The notes under the pieces are model-generated. The model had not been told where the DNA came from, ran no database searches, and saw only the letters and a program-made list of their open reading frames with translations. DNA of 64,000 nt from an uncultured Thermotogaceae bacterium (lineage in GTDB: Bacteria; Thermotogota; Thermotogae; MWEM01): NCBI GenBank assembly GCA_964403295.1, contig CAYOFT010000002.1:12565-76564 (forward strand), given 5' to 3'. Both the position numbers and the translations under genes were made by a program. Of the stretch, positions 55,548 through 64,000 are shown one piece after another; the first letter of the stretch is position 1; every line of letters starts with the position of its first letter.

Positions 55548-57275
55548 TTAGTCGTTTCTATCTACCAGAATTCCCACTGGTATCCCCGGTTCTCCAGAGG
55601 ATGGTTGATTGACAATTCTGGATCCTATCGACATAACAGATGACGAACCACCATCAAAACACATGGCATCTGAATATCCTTTCTTTAAAAGAAATTCAGT
55701 TAATTCATCATAAGTTAGTCCAGAACTTGCGGTTTGATAACCATCAATAACTAATAATATGATTTTATCTTTTGATAAAGCAAGGACGGTTCTTGGTGTT
55801 CTCCCCTCTATGATTCTTTGACCATAAGTTGCACGTATACTGCTCGAATCTTCTATTTTTTGACCGCCGGATAATAACATCGGGCCGCCTTCAATGGCAT
55901 CTGTAATCTTATACTGAAATCCTGGAACGATGAACTGCATTGAAAAGGGATCACCGATTTTAATAAATTTTGATAACTCTTTTGGGTTGAAAACAACAAC
56001 TTTTCCACCTTTTGGGACTTTTGGGGTATAGGTTTTAGAAATCACTTTGTTATTGGATATAACGATATATTCTCTGTTGGAATCTTGAGGTATTAATTTT
56101 TTAAAATTATCTGTATAAACGATCACATCCCCATTTTGACTATACTTATTAACACCTTTGACTAAAAATAGAGACCCACCTATTCTTAGGTGTATTTCAG
56201 TATTAATTTCCAATATATGATAAGTATTCTTGTCAGTTCTAACAAAAAATGGTCTTGGATAATAAAAAGGTTCTGATTCGATTTGCCCGTCTTTGATCAA
56301 TATACCCACAGGGAAATTAGTGGAAGTATCAAAATAAGATGCATTTACTCCACCAATTGCAAAATTTTTTCGAACCATGTTGCTTAATTTATCTTTTGAT
56401 CCAAGTCCGTCAAAGGAAATCTCTGGAATTATTTTTACATCAGCTTCAGTTAAGTCCACTTCAAGATAGGTTACCTTTAGTGTTGATTGATTAAACACTT
56501 CTTTTTTTCGATACCATTGCACGCCTTGAGAAAGCACTTCAATCTCTTCAAGATAAGGATCAACGTGAGAAAAATAAATGGTTGCTTTGTTCCCGTCTTT
56601 AATAATCCGGTAGTCTACCGGTACGTTAAATTGTATATTAAATTCCGAATAAAATGAATCACTGTTTTTTAATATGATACCTCTAATTGTTGTCTCATCC
56701 GCATTAGCCGGGAATACCATAATATTGGCCTCGTTGCCTCTTGTATCAACTTTTATCAAGGAATCCACATTAAAAAATTGAGAAGAAAATTCGAAAGTTA
56801 CTGTTCTCAAATTCATCTCGGCATTGATTAATTTAATCATTGAGTTATCTTTGTACACATAGTAACGTTCATTCGACAGAAAGTTTAAACCAAGAAATGG
56901 AAATACCGAATCAGCGGAAATAAAGGCGCGATCATTTATCATCATGACCAGACCGTCATATTTTTCTAAAAAATTGAGAGAAATGCCGGTATAGGGATCA
57001 ACTATAAGCGTGTCACCTAACTCTTTATTGATTATATAATATTTATTACTGCCTGAAAATGATGTAACGCCCGCTCCGAAATCAGTTAATTTTTCAACTG
57101 CAATCATTAGCTTCCCACTTACAATTGAGACATCCGGCTCTCTGAATCTGGTGTAATTACCGTCTGGTTCAATGTAATATAATTCCTGGGAAAACCCTAA
57201 TAGTAGTATAAAAAACAATATTCCAGTTACAAGGTGTATTTTTAAATTCAAAATCGATAGTACCCCCAAGTTCAA
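55548..57275 (-). CDS. Phosphodiester glycosidase (DUF2233/NAGPA-like) family protein with ~300-aa unassigned N-terminal region
   Basis: C-terminal half has GGVNASYFD, PRTVLA and AMCFDGGSSS. N-terminal TM/signal ILFFILLLGF. Confidence 0.6.
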   Translation of the reverse strand: MNLGVLSILNLKIHLVTGILFFILLLGFSQELYYIEPDGNYTRFREPDVSIVSGKLMIAVEKLTDFGAGVTSFSGSNKYYIINKELGDTLIVDPYTGISLNFLEKYDGLVMMINDRAFISADSVFPFLGLNFLSNERYYVYKDNSMIKLINAEMNLRTVTFEFSSQFFNVDSLIKVDTRGNEANIMVFPANADETTIRGIILKNSDSFYSEFNIQFNVPVDYRIIKDGNKATIYFSHVDPYLEEIEVLSQGVQWYRKKEVFNQSTLKVTYLEVDLTEADVKIIPEISFDGLGSKDKLSNMVRKNFAIGGVNASYFDTSTNFPVGILIKDGQIESEPFYYPRPFFVRTDKNTYHILEINTEIHLRIGGSLFLVKGVNKYSQNGDVIVYTDNFKKLIPQDSNREYIVISNNKVISKTYTPKVPKGGKVVVFNPKELSKFIKIGDPFSMQFIVPGFQYKITDAIEGGPMLLSGGQKIEDSSSIRATYGQRIIEGRTPRTVLALSKDKIILLVIDGYQTASSGLTYDELTEFLLKKGYSDAMCFDGGSSSVMSIGSRIVNQPSSGEPGIPVGILVDRND

Positions 57276-57315
57276 TTCTAATTGATAATAGAAAAATCAG
57301 TAAAAAAATCTCTGT

Positions 57316-58620
57316 TCAACAGATTATATCAAAAATCAGTTGTTTTTTTTCAACGTATTCTTTATCTCCTATTATGATGGCCTTTTTCAACATTGAAAGT
57401 GCATCTTTTAATCTGGCTTGATCATTGTAGTAAACCTTGACTATTGTATCATCTTTTTTGATTAAATCACCGGTTTTCGTTAAAAAGTCAAAGCCAACAG
57501 AAAAATCGATCTTATCTTCTTTGGATTCTCTACCCGCTCCTAAAAGATTAGCTGCAATTCCGATCTCTTGCGTATGCATTTTGCAGATATAACCATTCCG
57601 GTCTGCTTTCATTTCATATATACCTTTATTTTGGAGTAGTTGATTCGGTTTTTCAATACATTCAGTTTCACCATTTTGTGCTTTTACAAATTCAAGAAAT
57701 TTATCATATGCCCTTCCCGAACTAATACTTTCTTTAAGCCTGTACTCTGCCTCTTCCAAGTCGATTGATAAGGAGAGTTTTAACATATACTTTCCCAAAG
57801 TAAAACAAAGCTGGGAAAAATCTTCCGGTCCTTCGCCTTTTAAAGTTTCAATTGCTTCGATGACCTCTAATGCGTTTCCAATCTTACATCCCAAAGGTTC
57901 ATCCATATTCGTTAAAATGGCAACAGCACTTTTACCGGCCTTTCTTGCAATATCAACCATAATCTCAGCTAATTCCTTTGCAGCCGCAACATTAGGCATG
58001 AAAGCACCGGAACCAACTTTTACATCTAATACAAAGGCGTCAGCCCCGCCCGCCAACTTTTTGCTCATGATACTTGAGGCTATCAATGATGGTTCATCTA
58101 CAGTAGCTGTTACGTCCCTCAATGCATAAATTTTTTTGTCTCCGGGAACAAGATTCGCTGTTTGACCTGCTAAAGCAAAGCCAATAGAGTTAACTTGTTG
58201 AATCCATTTGTCCATACTAACATCTGTTTTGAATCCCGGTATGGATTCCAATTTATCTATTGTACCTCCTGTGTGACCAAGCCCTCTTCCCGAAAGCTTG
58301 GCAACATTTGCTCCGCAAGAAGCTACCATCGGTCCCAAAACTAATGTTGTCTTATCACCAACACCGCCGGTGGAATGCTTATCAACAGTTATTCCTGAGA
58401 TTTGTGAAAGATCAACAGTATCTCCAGAATATCTCATGAGTTCGGTTAAATAGTATGTTTCTTGACTTGTTAAATGTCTGAAATAGATTGCCATTAAAAA
58501 AGCCGCAGTTTGGTAATCCGGTATCTTTCCATTTACACAACCGGTGATCATGTATTCCAGTTCGTTTCTATCCAAAACTTCCCCGTTTCTTTTTTTTAAT
58601 ATGATGTCATATGCCCTCAT
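57316..58620 (-). CDS. pdp: Pyrimidine-nucleoside (thymidine) phosphorylase
   Basis: DKHSTGGVGDK, SGRGLGHTGGTIDKLESIPGF. Confidence 0.9.
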   Translation of the reverse strand: MRAYDIILKKRNGEVLDRNELEYMITGCVNGKIPDYQTAAFLMAIYFRHLTSQETYYLTELMRYSGDTVDLSQISGITVDKHSTGGVGDKTTLVLGPMVASCGANVAKLSGRGLGHTGGTIDKLESIPGFKTDVSMDKWIQQVNSIGFALAGQTANLVPGDKKIYALRDVTATVDEPSLIASSIMSKKLAGGADAFVLDVKVGSGAFMPNVAAAKELAEIMVDIARKAGKSAVAILTNMDEPLGCKIGNALEVIEAIETLKGEGPEDFSQLCFTLGKYMLKLSLSIDLEEAEYRLKESISSGRAYDKFLEFVKAQNGETECIEKPNQLLQNKGIYEMKADRNGYICKMHTQEIGIAANLLGAGRESKEDKIDFSVGFDFLTKTGDLIKKDDTIVKVYYNDQARLKDALSMLKKAIIIGDKEYVEKKQLIFDIIC

Positions 58621-59374
58621 CTTTGTAGATACCTCCTTGATTGTATGAAAAACCTGCCAAATGTCTTTGATGCAAAAAAGAATATTGATATTTTGATAAA
58701 ATAATTTCGTATCTTTGTTGATTAATCTGTTTGGATTCCAGCCATTCCAGAAGTCTTTTCTTTGTTAATAAATCGATTAATGGTTTGAATGTTAACCTGT
58801 GAAATGGAGTAGGACCATATAAACCAAGAGCTTGCATATGCCGTTTAGTGCCATAACCTTTGTTTTTATCAAAATCAAATTTCGGATACTTTTTTGCGTA
58901 CCCATGCATAATTTTATCACGAACGACTTTTGCTATGTTGGAGGCTAAAGCGATTCTTAAAGATAGTGAATCTCCTTTTATAATTTGAATATTTGGATAA
59001 TCAACAGATAAATTTTTCCCATCAATAATTGCCATATTATATGGTTTCTTAAGTTTTTTTAAAGCATTATTCATTGCCATATTCGTACTTACCAATATAT
59101 TATACTTATCGATAGTAGTAGCATCACTTAATCCGACAGAATGGCTAATACCGTTCTCTAAAACATAGTCATAGATCTCATTCCTCTTTTTTTCTGTAAG
59201 CTTCTTACTATCGTTGATAAATGGCAGTATTTTTATTAATTCTCTTTCCTGTCTATCCGACAAATAAACAGCTGCTGCCACTACTGGACCTGCAAGAGGT
59301 CCCCTTCCAGCTTCATCTACAGCGGCAATCTTTTTATAATGTTTTATGTATTCTTTATCGATCCAATTATACAA
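58607..59374 (-). CDS. rnhB: Ribonuclease HII
   Basis: VDEAGRGPLAGPVV, DSKKLT, KGDS motifs. Confidence 0.9.
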   Translation of the reverse strand: MYNWIDKEYIKHYKKIAAVDEAGRGPLAGPVVAAAVYLSDRQERELIKILPFINDSKKLTEKKRNEIYDYVLENGISHSVGLSDATTIDKYNILVSTNMAMNNALKKLKKPYNMAIIDGKNLSVDYPNIQIIKGDSLSLRIALASNIAKVVRDKIMHGYAKKYPKFDFDKNKGYGTKRHMQALGLYGPTPFHRLTFKPLIDLLTKKRLLEWLESKQINQQRYEIILSKYQYSFLHQRHLAGFSYNQGGIYKDEGI

Positions 59375-60179
59375 AATTTATCACCTTGTCTAAAAGCAAT
59401 GCCAACACCAAGACAACCAATATCAATACGAGTAAAAAAACATCAGATGCTTTCATCTTTAATTCTATATATTTAGTTCTTCCCTGAAAGCCTTGATAAT
59501 ATCTTACATCCATTGCTAACGCCAGTTCATCGGCTCTTTTAAAAGAACTAACCAAAAGAGGAATAATTATTGGAAAAATTGCCTTTGCCCTTTTTATGAT
59601 GTTTCTATCGTTAAATTTTGCCCCACGCGCTTTTTGCGCTTTTATGATATGGTTAGCTTCCATTGAAATAATGGGTATAAATCGAATGGCCAATGACATA
59701 ACCATTGCTATTTCATGCGCAAAAGCCTTTTTCAAGCCCACTATTTTTAAAATACTCTCTGTTGAATCGGCTAGTCTCAGTGGGGATGTAGTTGAAGTCA
59801 TCAACAGGGAGAAGCCAATTAATAAAATGAGTCTTGAAGTAACCATCAAAGAACTTATCAACGCATCCTCAGTTATAATGATGAATCCGAAGTTTATTAA
59901 TATCTTTCCGGTTGTGTTGAACAACGGGAAAATAAAAGCTAACACAAATAGAATCCATATGGATTTGTAAGCTTTTAAAGTTGTCGAAAAACTGATTTTA
60001 GAACCGAAAAACATCATCAATAGGGTTAATCCTATGACAAAAAATGATAGCCATTGTTGTATTAAAAAGATCACAATCATTCCTATTACCGTATAAATTA
60101 ATTTAACTCTGGGATCTACTTGGTGAAAAAAGGAATCATTTGGAATAAAACCTCCAAAAATAAAATCAAACTGCATCAT
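59367..60179 (-). CDS. ecfT: ECF transporter transmembrane (T) component, EcfT/CbiQ family
   Basis: Polytopic; QKARGAKF coupling-helix motif. ATG at 60179 overlaps the ispF stop (ATGA). Confidence 0.75.
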   Translation of the reverse strand: MMQFDFIFGGFIPNDSFFHQVDPRVKLIYTVIGMIVIFLIQQWLSFFVIGLTLLMMFFGSKISFSTTLKAYKSIWILFVLAFIFPLFNTTGKILINFGFIIITEDALISSLMVTSRLILLIGFSLLMTSTTSPLRLADSTESILKIVGLKKAFAHEIAMVMSLAIRFIPIISMEANHIIKAQKARGAKFNDRNIIKRAKAIFPIIIPLLVSSFKRADELALAMDVRYYQGFQGRTKYIELKMKASDVFLLVLILVVLVLALLLDKVINFV

Positions 60180-60649
60180 TTTTTCTCCAAGAGACAAACA
60201 GTTTGAGCTGCAATTCCTTCCTTTCTCCCTTCAAATCCCATACCTTCTGTAGTTGTTGCCTTTACACTGATGTTATTCTTTTGAGTGTTAAGTACCAGAG
60301 ATAACTTGTCACGAATAAAAGGAATATAATCTTGTATTTTTGGTTCTTGTGCAGTAATCACTGAATCGGAATTTGTTAGAATATATCCGGAATCCAAGAT
60401 CTTGTTGTAAATAAATTTCAAGAGTTCAATACTATTTGCATCGATATATTTTTCATCATTATCTGGAAACCAAGTTCCTATGTCACCCATACTCAACGCT
60501 CCTAAAAAGGCATCAATCATTGAGTGTATCAAAACATCAGCATCGGAATGACCAGCTAGACCATATTTATAAGGAATAATAACTCCTCCCAACACTAAAG
60601 GTCTTCCTATCTGGAATTTGTGGGCATCATAACCAATACCAATCCTCAT
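60176..60649 (-). CDS. ispF: 2-C-methyl-D-erythritol 2,4-cyclodiphosphate synthase
   Basis: MRIGIGYDAHKF, GHSDADVLIHS, ATTTEGMGFEGR. Confidence 0.9.
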   Translation of the reverse strand: MRIGIGYDAHKFQIGRPLVLGGVIIPYKYGLAGHSDADVLIHSMIDAFLGALSMGDIGTWFPDNDEKYIDANSIELLKFIYNKILDSGYILTNSDSVITAQEPKIQDYIPFIRDKLSLVLNTQKNNISVKATTTEGMGFEGRKEGIAAQTVCLLEKK

Positions 60650-61755
60650 GTTCTGATTTTCACCGGCATGATGATGTGCAAAAATCCCGAAACTTCCGTG
60701 TCGTTTATTTGAAGGGCATTATTTTCATCAACAAAATTCATTTCCAATTCATCACCGTCAAAGTGTTGAAGTCCCTCAATCAAATATACCGGATCAAAGG
60801 CAACAAGCATATTTTTCCCCTCTTGTTTAATCTCGTAAGGAATATCTCCATCTCCCCTGTCCTGTGATCTGGCAGAAATTTCCAATTTATTATCCTCAAT
60901 ATTTAGTTTTACTGTGTCTCCTTTTCCTTTGGCAATAATGTTAATCAATTTCAAAGCTTTCAATATTTCGACACGGTCAATAATGATCTTTGTTTGAAAT
61001 TGTTCCGGTAAGACCGCTTTATAATTAGGGAAAGAGACATCCATGAGCCTGGCTGTAAAAAGAATATCCTTTATTTTTGTAATAACTTTTTTACCATCAA
61101 ATTTAATGATAAATTGATCTTCATCTGATTCTTTAAGTAGTGATTGGATTTCTTTCATGCTTTTTAATGAAATGAAAAAGCTTAAGTCAGATCGTTCTTC
61201 ATTGAAAACGATTTCTTCTGTAACAGCCATCCGATAACTGTCCGCAGAAACAAGCCGTAAATATTTACCTGAAAATTCCCACAAAACACCGTTTAGATTT
61301 CTTATCATTTCATCTGTAGATGCACAAAATAGTACTTTTTCTATCATTGCACTGATTTTTTCTTGTGGAAGTTGTATTTCTTCTCCAACGTTTTCAAAAT
61401 CAAGTTCTGGATAATCATCTGCATTCATAACCGGAATTTTAATTTCACCGGTACCGGTATGTGCGATTGCTTTATTTGGTTCAAGTGTGAAATGAACTTC
61501 ATCTTTTAAGAGGTTTTTAGAAATTTCTTCTAATGTTAGTGCGTCAATAACATAAGAGCCTTGTCCTTCCCTTTCAAAACTTTCTACTTTTATCCTCATT
61601 GAGGATTCCATATCAGTTGCCGAAAAATAAATATCTTCATCTTGAGAATATATTTTGACTCCTGATAATATAGGCTTTATATTTTTCTTTGGAATAATAC
61701 TAACGATTCTGGACGAAGCGTTCATCAATACATTTTTTTTCATTGAAAATTTCAA
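60646..61755 (-). CDS. dnaN: DNA polymerase III beta sliding clamp
   Basis: 369 aa, three-domain clamp pattern; PILSGVKI, ATDMESSMR, YRMA, FPNYKAVLP, FNPxYL-like FDPVYLIEGL. Confidence 0.85.
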   Translation of the reverse strand: MKFSMKKNVLMNASSRIVSIIPKKNIKPILSGVKIYSQDEDIYFSATDMESSMRIKVESFEREGQGSYVIDALTLEEISKNLLKDEVHFTLEPNKAIAHTGTGEIKIPVMNADDYPELDFENVGEEIQLPQEKISAMIEKVLFCASTDEMIRNLNGVLWEFSGKYLRLVSADSYRMAVTEEIVFNEERSDLSFFISLKSMKEIQSLLKESDEDQFIIKFDGKKVITKIKDILFTARLMDVSFPNYKAVLPEQFQTKIIIDRVEILKALKLINIIAKGKGDTVKLNIEDNKLEISARSQDRGDGDIPYEIKQEGKNMLVAFDPVYLIEGLQHFDGDELEMNFVDENNALQINDTEVSGFLHIIMPVKIRT

Positions 61756-61768
61756 CTATATCACCTCA

Positions 61769-63271
61769 TTAAGTGTTAATTTTATTCATGGGTTCTTTAT
61801 GAGCAATATATTCCAACAGCACATTAAAATCATCACCAAAATAGCGATCCTGATGATGTGGTTTTTGTGTCTCTTGAAGTTCTTGCAAAATATTTCTTAG
61901 GGTTAATCCGGTTTCCATTGGCTTTAAAAATTCGAGGCCTCTCAAGGCCAACATTAATTCGATAGCTGTAACTTTTTCACAATTAGCAATGATGGAAAAT
62001 GCTTTTCTAACTGAGACGGAACCCATGGAAACATGATCTTCCTGAAAAGCCGAAGTAGGAATACTATCCACCGATCCAGGATGGGATAATGCTTTATTCT
62101 CACTAACAAGTGAGGCAGCTGTGTATTGCCAAATCATGAAACCTGAATTCAAACCTTCTTCCCCTTTTGCTAAAAAAGGAGGTAATGATGATACTAATGG
62201 GTTAACAAGTCTATCAATTCGACGCTCAGTAATATTTGATAATTCAGTTAAAGCGATTGAAACGAAATCAGCTATGAATGCAATAGGCTCACCATGAAAG
62301 TTGCCTCCACTAATGGCTTCACCTTCAAATATGATCGGATTATCGGTAACGGAATTAAATTCTCTTTCAAGCACTGTATTTGCATAATCCAAGGTATCTT
62401 TTACTGCACCAAAAACCTGTGGTATCGCTCTAAGAGAATAAGCATCCTGAACTTTACCGCAATTCTTATGTGAATCCCTTATCTCACTGCCATTTAACAA
62501 ATTTAATATTTTGTGAGCAACATAAATTTGTCCAGGGTGTGGTCTTAGTTCTTGTATTCGTTTATCAAAAGGTGAAGTGGATGCCTTTAATGCATCCAAA
62601 GTTGAAGCAGCAGAGATTAAAGTCCATTCAAAAAGTCTATAAGCACGTATTAAGACATTACTTAAAAGTGAAGTCATCATTTGTGTCCCGTTTAATAAAG
62701 CAAGACCTTCTTTTTGTGCTGGTATGAAGTGATGAACATGCTCCTCATCCATGGCACTTTTTGCTGATTTTAAAGTACCTTTATGATATACTTTCCCCTC
62801 TCCAAGCATTGCCATTGCAATGTGTGCTAAAGGAGCAAGATCTCCACTAGCTCCTACAGACCCTTGCGAAGGAACAAAAGGGGTTATCCCCTTATTAAGA
62901 AAATCTATAAGGATTTGTAGTGTCTCATATCTGATACCTGAATATCCCTTGATGAGAGAGTTAACCCTTAAAAGCATCATTGTTCGTACAACTTCTATAG
63001 GAAGCGGTTCTCCGACTCCTGCTGCATGAGATACAATAATATTTCTTTGAAGTTCTTTTGATTTACTAGAATTAATATGTACTGAAGCTAATGCTCCAAA
63101 TCCTGTAGTGACTCCATAAACAACATCTGAATGATCAACAAAAGATTTTACTTGTTCCACACTTTTTGATATTTTTTCAAAACAGATTGGATCAATCTGT
63201 ACACTTTCGTTGTTATAAGCGATTGATTCAATCTTATTTAAATTCATGTTTGTGCCATCAATGCTATGCAT
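61769..63271 (-). CDS. hutH: Histidine ammonia-lyase (MIO-dependent)
   Basis: MIO tripeptide in GSVGASGDLAPLAH. The SH pair in VSHAAG favours histidine specificity. ATG at 63271 overlaps the upstream gene end after GGGGGA. Confidence 0.85.
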   Translation of the reverse strand: MHSIDGTNMNLNKIESIAYNNESVQIDPICFEKISKSVEQVKSFVDHSDVVYGVTTGFGALASVHINSSKSKELQRNIIVSHAAGVGEPLPIEVVRTMMLLRVNSLIKGYSGIRYETLQILIDFLNKGITPFVPSQGSVGASGDLAPLAHIAMAMLGEGKVYHKGTLKSAKSAMDEEHVHHFIPAQKEGLALLNGTQMMTSLLSNVLIRAYRLFEWTLISAASTLDALKASTSPFDKRIQELRPHPGQIYVAHKILNLLNGSEIRDSHKNCGKVQDAYSLRAIPQVFGAVKDTLDYANTVLEREFNSVTDNPIIFEGEAISGGNFHGEPIAFIADFVSIALTELSNITERRIDRLVNPLVSSLPPFLAKGEEGLNSGFMIWQYTAASLVSENKALSHPGSVDSIPTSAFQEDHVSMGSVSVRKAFSIIANCEKVTAIELMLALRGLEFLKPMETGLTLRNILQELQETQKPHHQDRYFGDDFNVLLEYIAHKEPMNKINT

Positions 63272-64000
63272 CCTGTCCCCCTTGCAACATTATTTTCCTT
63301 TCGTTTTCAAGCGTGTCCAAATCTTCAATTAATCGGAACATATTTTCTTCAATTTTGATATTTTGTTCCGTTAATTCTTTTAACTTCTTATAATCCTTTA
63401 CATTAGCCGGTAGAAGCATTTCTCTTTCTAACTCTTGATGTTCAAATTCTAAGATTTCATATTTTTCATTTATTTCATTGATCATTCGTTCTATTTTCTG
63501 AATTTTGTTTTTAAATGCTTTTTGCTTTTCATAAGCTAAAGGTTTTTCTTCATCTTTTGTTTCTTTATTAGAAAATCCCGTATAATCACTCATCAAGTTC
63601 ATATACTCATTAATAGATCGAACTTCTAAAATTCCATTTTGTTCCAAAACAACTATTCTGTCCGAAACGTAATTTAATAACCTTCTGTCGTGGGTTACCA
63701 TGATAATTGCACCTTCATATTCGTCCAGAATCTCTTGAAGTCTTTCGATAGACATAAGATCCAAATGGTTGGTGGGTTCATCTAAAATTAAAAAGTTTGG
63801 TTTTTTTAATAATATTTTTGCAAGTGATAATTTGAGTTTTTCCCCACCGCTTAAAATTTCAATTTTTTTATCCGTCTCATCACCTACAAAGCCAAATCTT
63901 CCTGCATATGCTCTAACTTCATAATCATATTTTAAGGGCATTAAGGAATTAAGTTCTTCAAAAATAGTTTTTTGTGGGTCTAATTTGGATAAATCTTGTG
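63264..64000 (-). CDS. ABC-F family ATPase, C-terminal part (start lies beyond the right window edge)
   Basis: Frame remains open to base 64000. LSGGEKLKLSLA signature, LILDEPTNHLD Walker B, C-terminal charged coiled-coil tail. Confidence 0.8.
   Translation of the reverse strand, partial: QDLSKLDPQKTIFEELNSLMPLKYDYEVRAYAGRFGFVGDETDKKIEILSGGEKLKLSLAKILLKKPNFLILDEPTNHLDLMSIERLQEILDEYEGAIIMVTHDRRLLNYVSDRIVVLEQNGILEVRSINEYMNLMSDYTGFSNKETKDEEKPLAYEKQKAFKNKIQKIERMINEINEKYEILEFEHQELEREMLLPANVKDYKKLKELTEQNIKIEENMFRLIEDLDTLENERKIMLQGGQDA

Noticed and set aside
1-64000. CRISPR arrays, transposases, integrases, prophage, toxin-antitoxin or known defence systems
   Set aside because: I scanned both strands and all intergenic gaps. 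I found no spaced direct-repeat array, no terminal inverted repeats flanking a gene, and no recognisable recombinase, Cas, restriction or abortive-infection motifs. tRNA-Ala has no adjacent integrase or direct-repeat att-like duplication.

Overview
AT-rich, densely coding bacterial chromosomal segment with about 60 protein genes, one tRNA and no rRNA. All product calls come from reading the supplied translations and my own translation of both strands; no alignments or searches were run.

Gene content is mostly housekeeping:
- DNA repair: family-4 UDG and an AddB/AddA helicase-nuclease pair.
- One-carbon and glycine metabolism: glyA, gcvPA, gcvPB.
- A methylmalonyl-CoA module: cobO-like, epimerase, carboxyltransferase, OadG-like anchor and biotin carrier.
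- A small GT2-fabF-fabZ-acpP cluster.
- map and hfq.
- A complete de novo pyrimidine operon, pyrK-pyrD-pyrB-pyrI-pyrC-pyrF-pyrE.
- An outer-envelope cluster: an SLT/beta-barrel protein, an RseC-like protein, BamA and an unknown exported protein, followed by secA.
- prfB, an lspA/glyS reading frame, a DUF123-type GIY-YIG protein, a SEDS protein, a HEAT-repeat protein and an LptD-like protein.
- An EF-G paralog and a phosphodiester glycosidase.
- A tightly overlapping string abcF-hutH-dnaN-ispF-ecfT-rnhB-pdp.

Gene content (family-4 UDG, DUF123, diderm envelope genes, dnaN away from dnaA) is reminiscent of a low-GC Thermotogota-like diderm, but that is inference only.

I found no CRISPR array, transposase, integrase, phage gene or recognisable defence island, and no clear-cut novel multi-gene system. 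The most unusual items are:
1. A single 1009-codon frame joins signal peptidase II, an unassigned ~170-aa segment and GlyRS beta, with no glyQ nearby.
2. A strong intrinsic terminator sits about 12 nt upstream of the pyrB ribosome-binding site, and a 26-codon leader ORF stops inside it. This looks like translation-coupled attenuation.
3. The BamA-centred cluster includes a lytic transglycosylase fused to a predicted beta-barrel and an unknown exported protein.
4. A gene of more than 1010 codons for a PEGA/vWA/repeat protein at the left edge is absent from the supplied ORF track.
5. ATGAAAY heptamers cluster in the nucleotidase/addB intergenic region.
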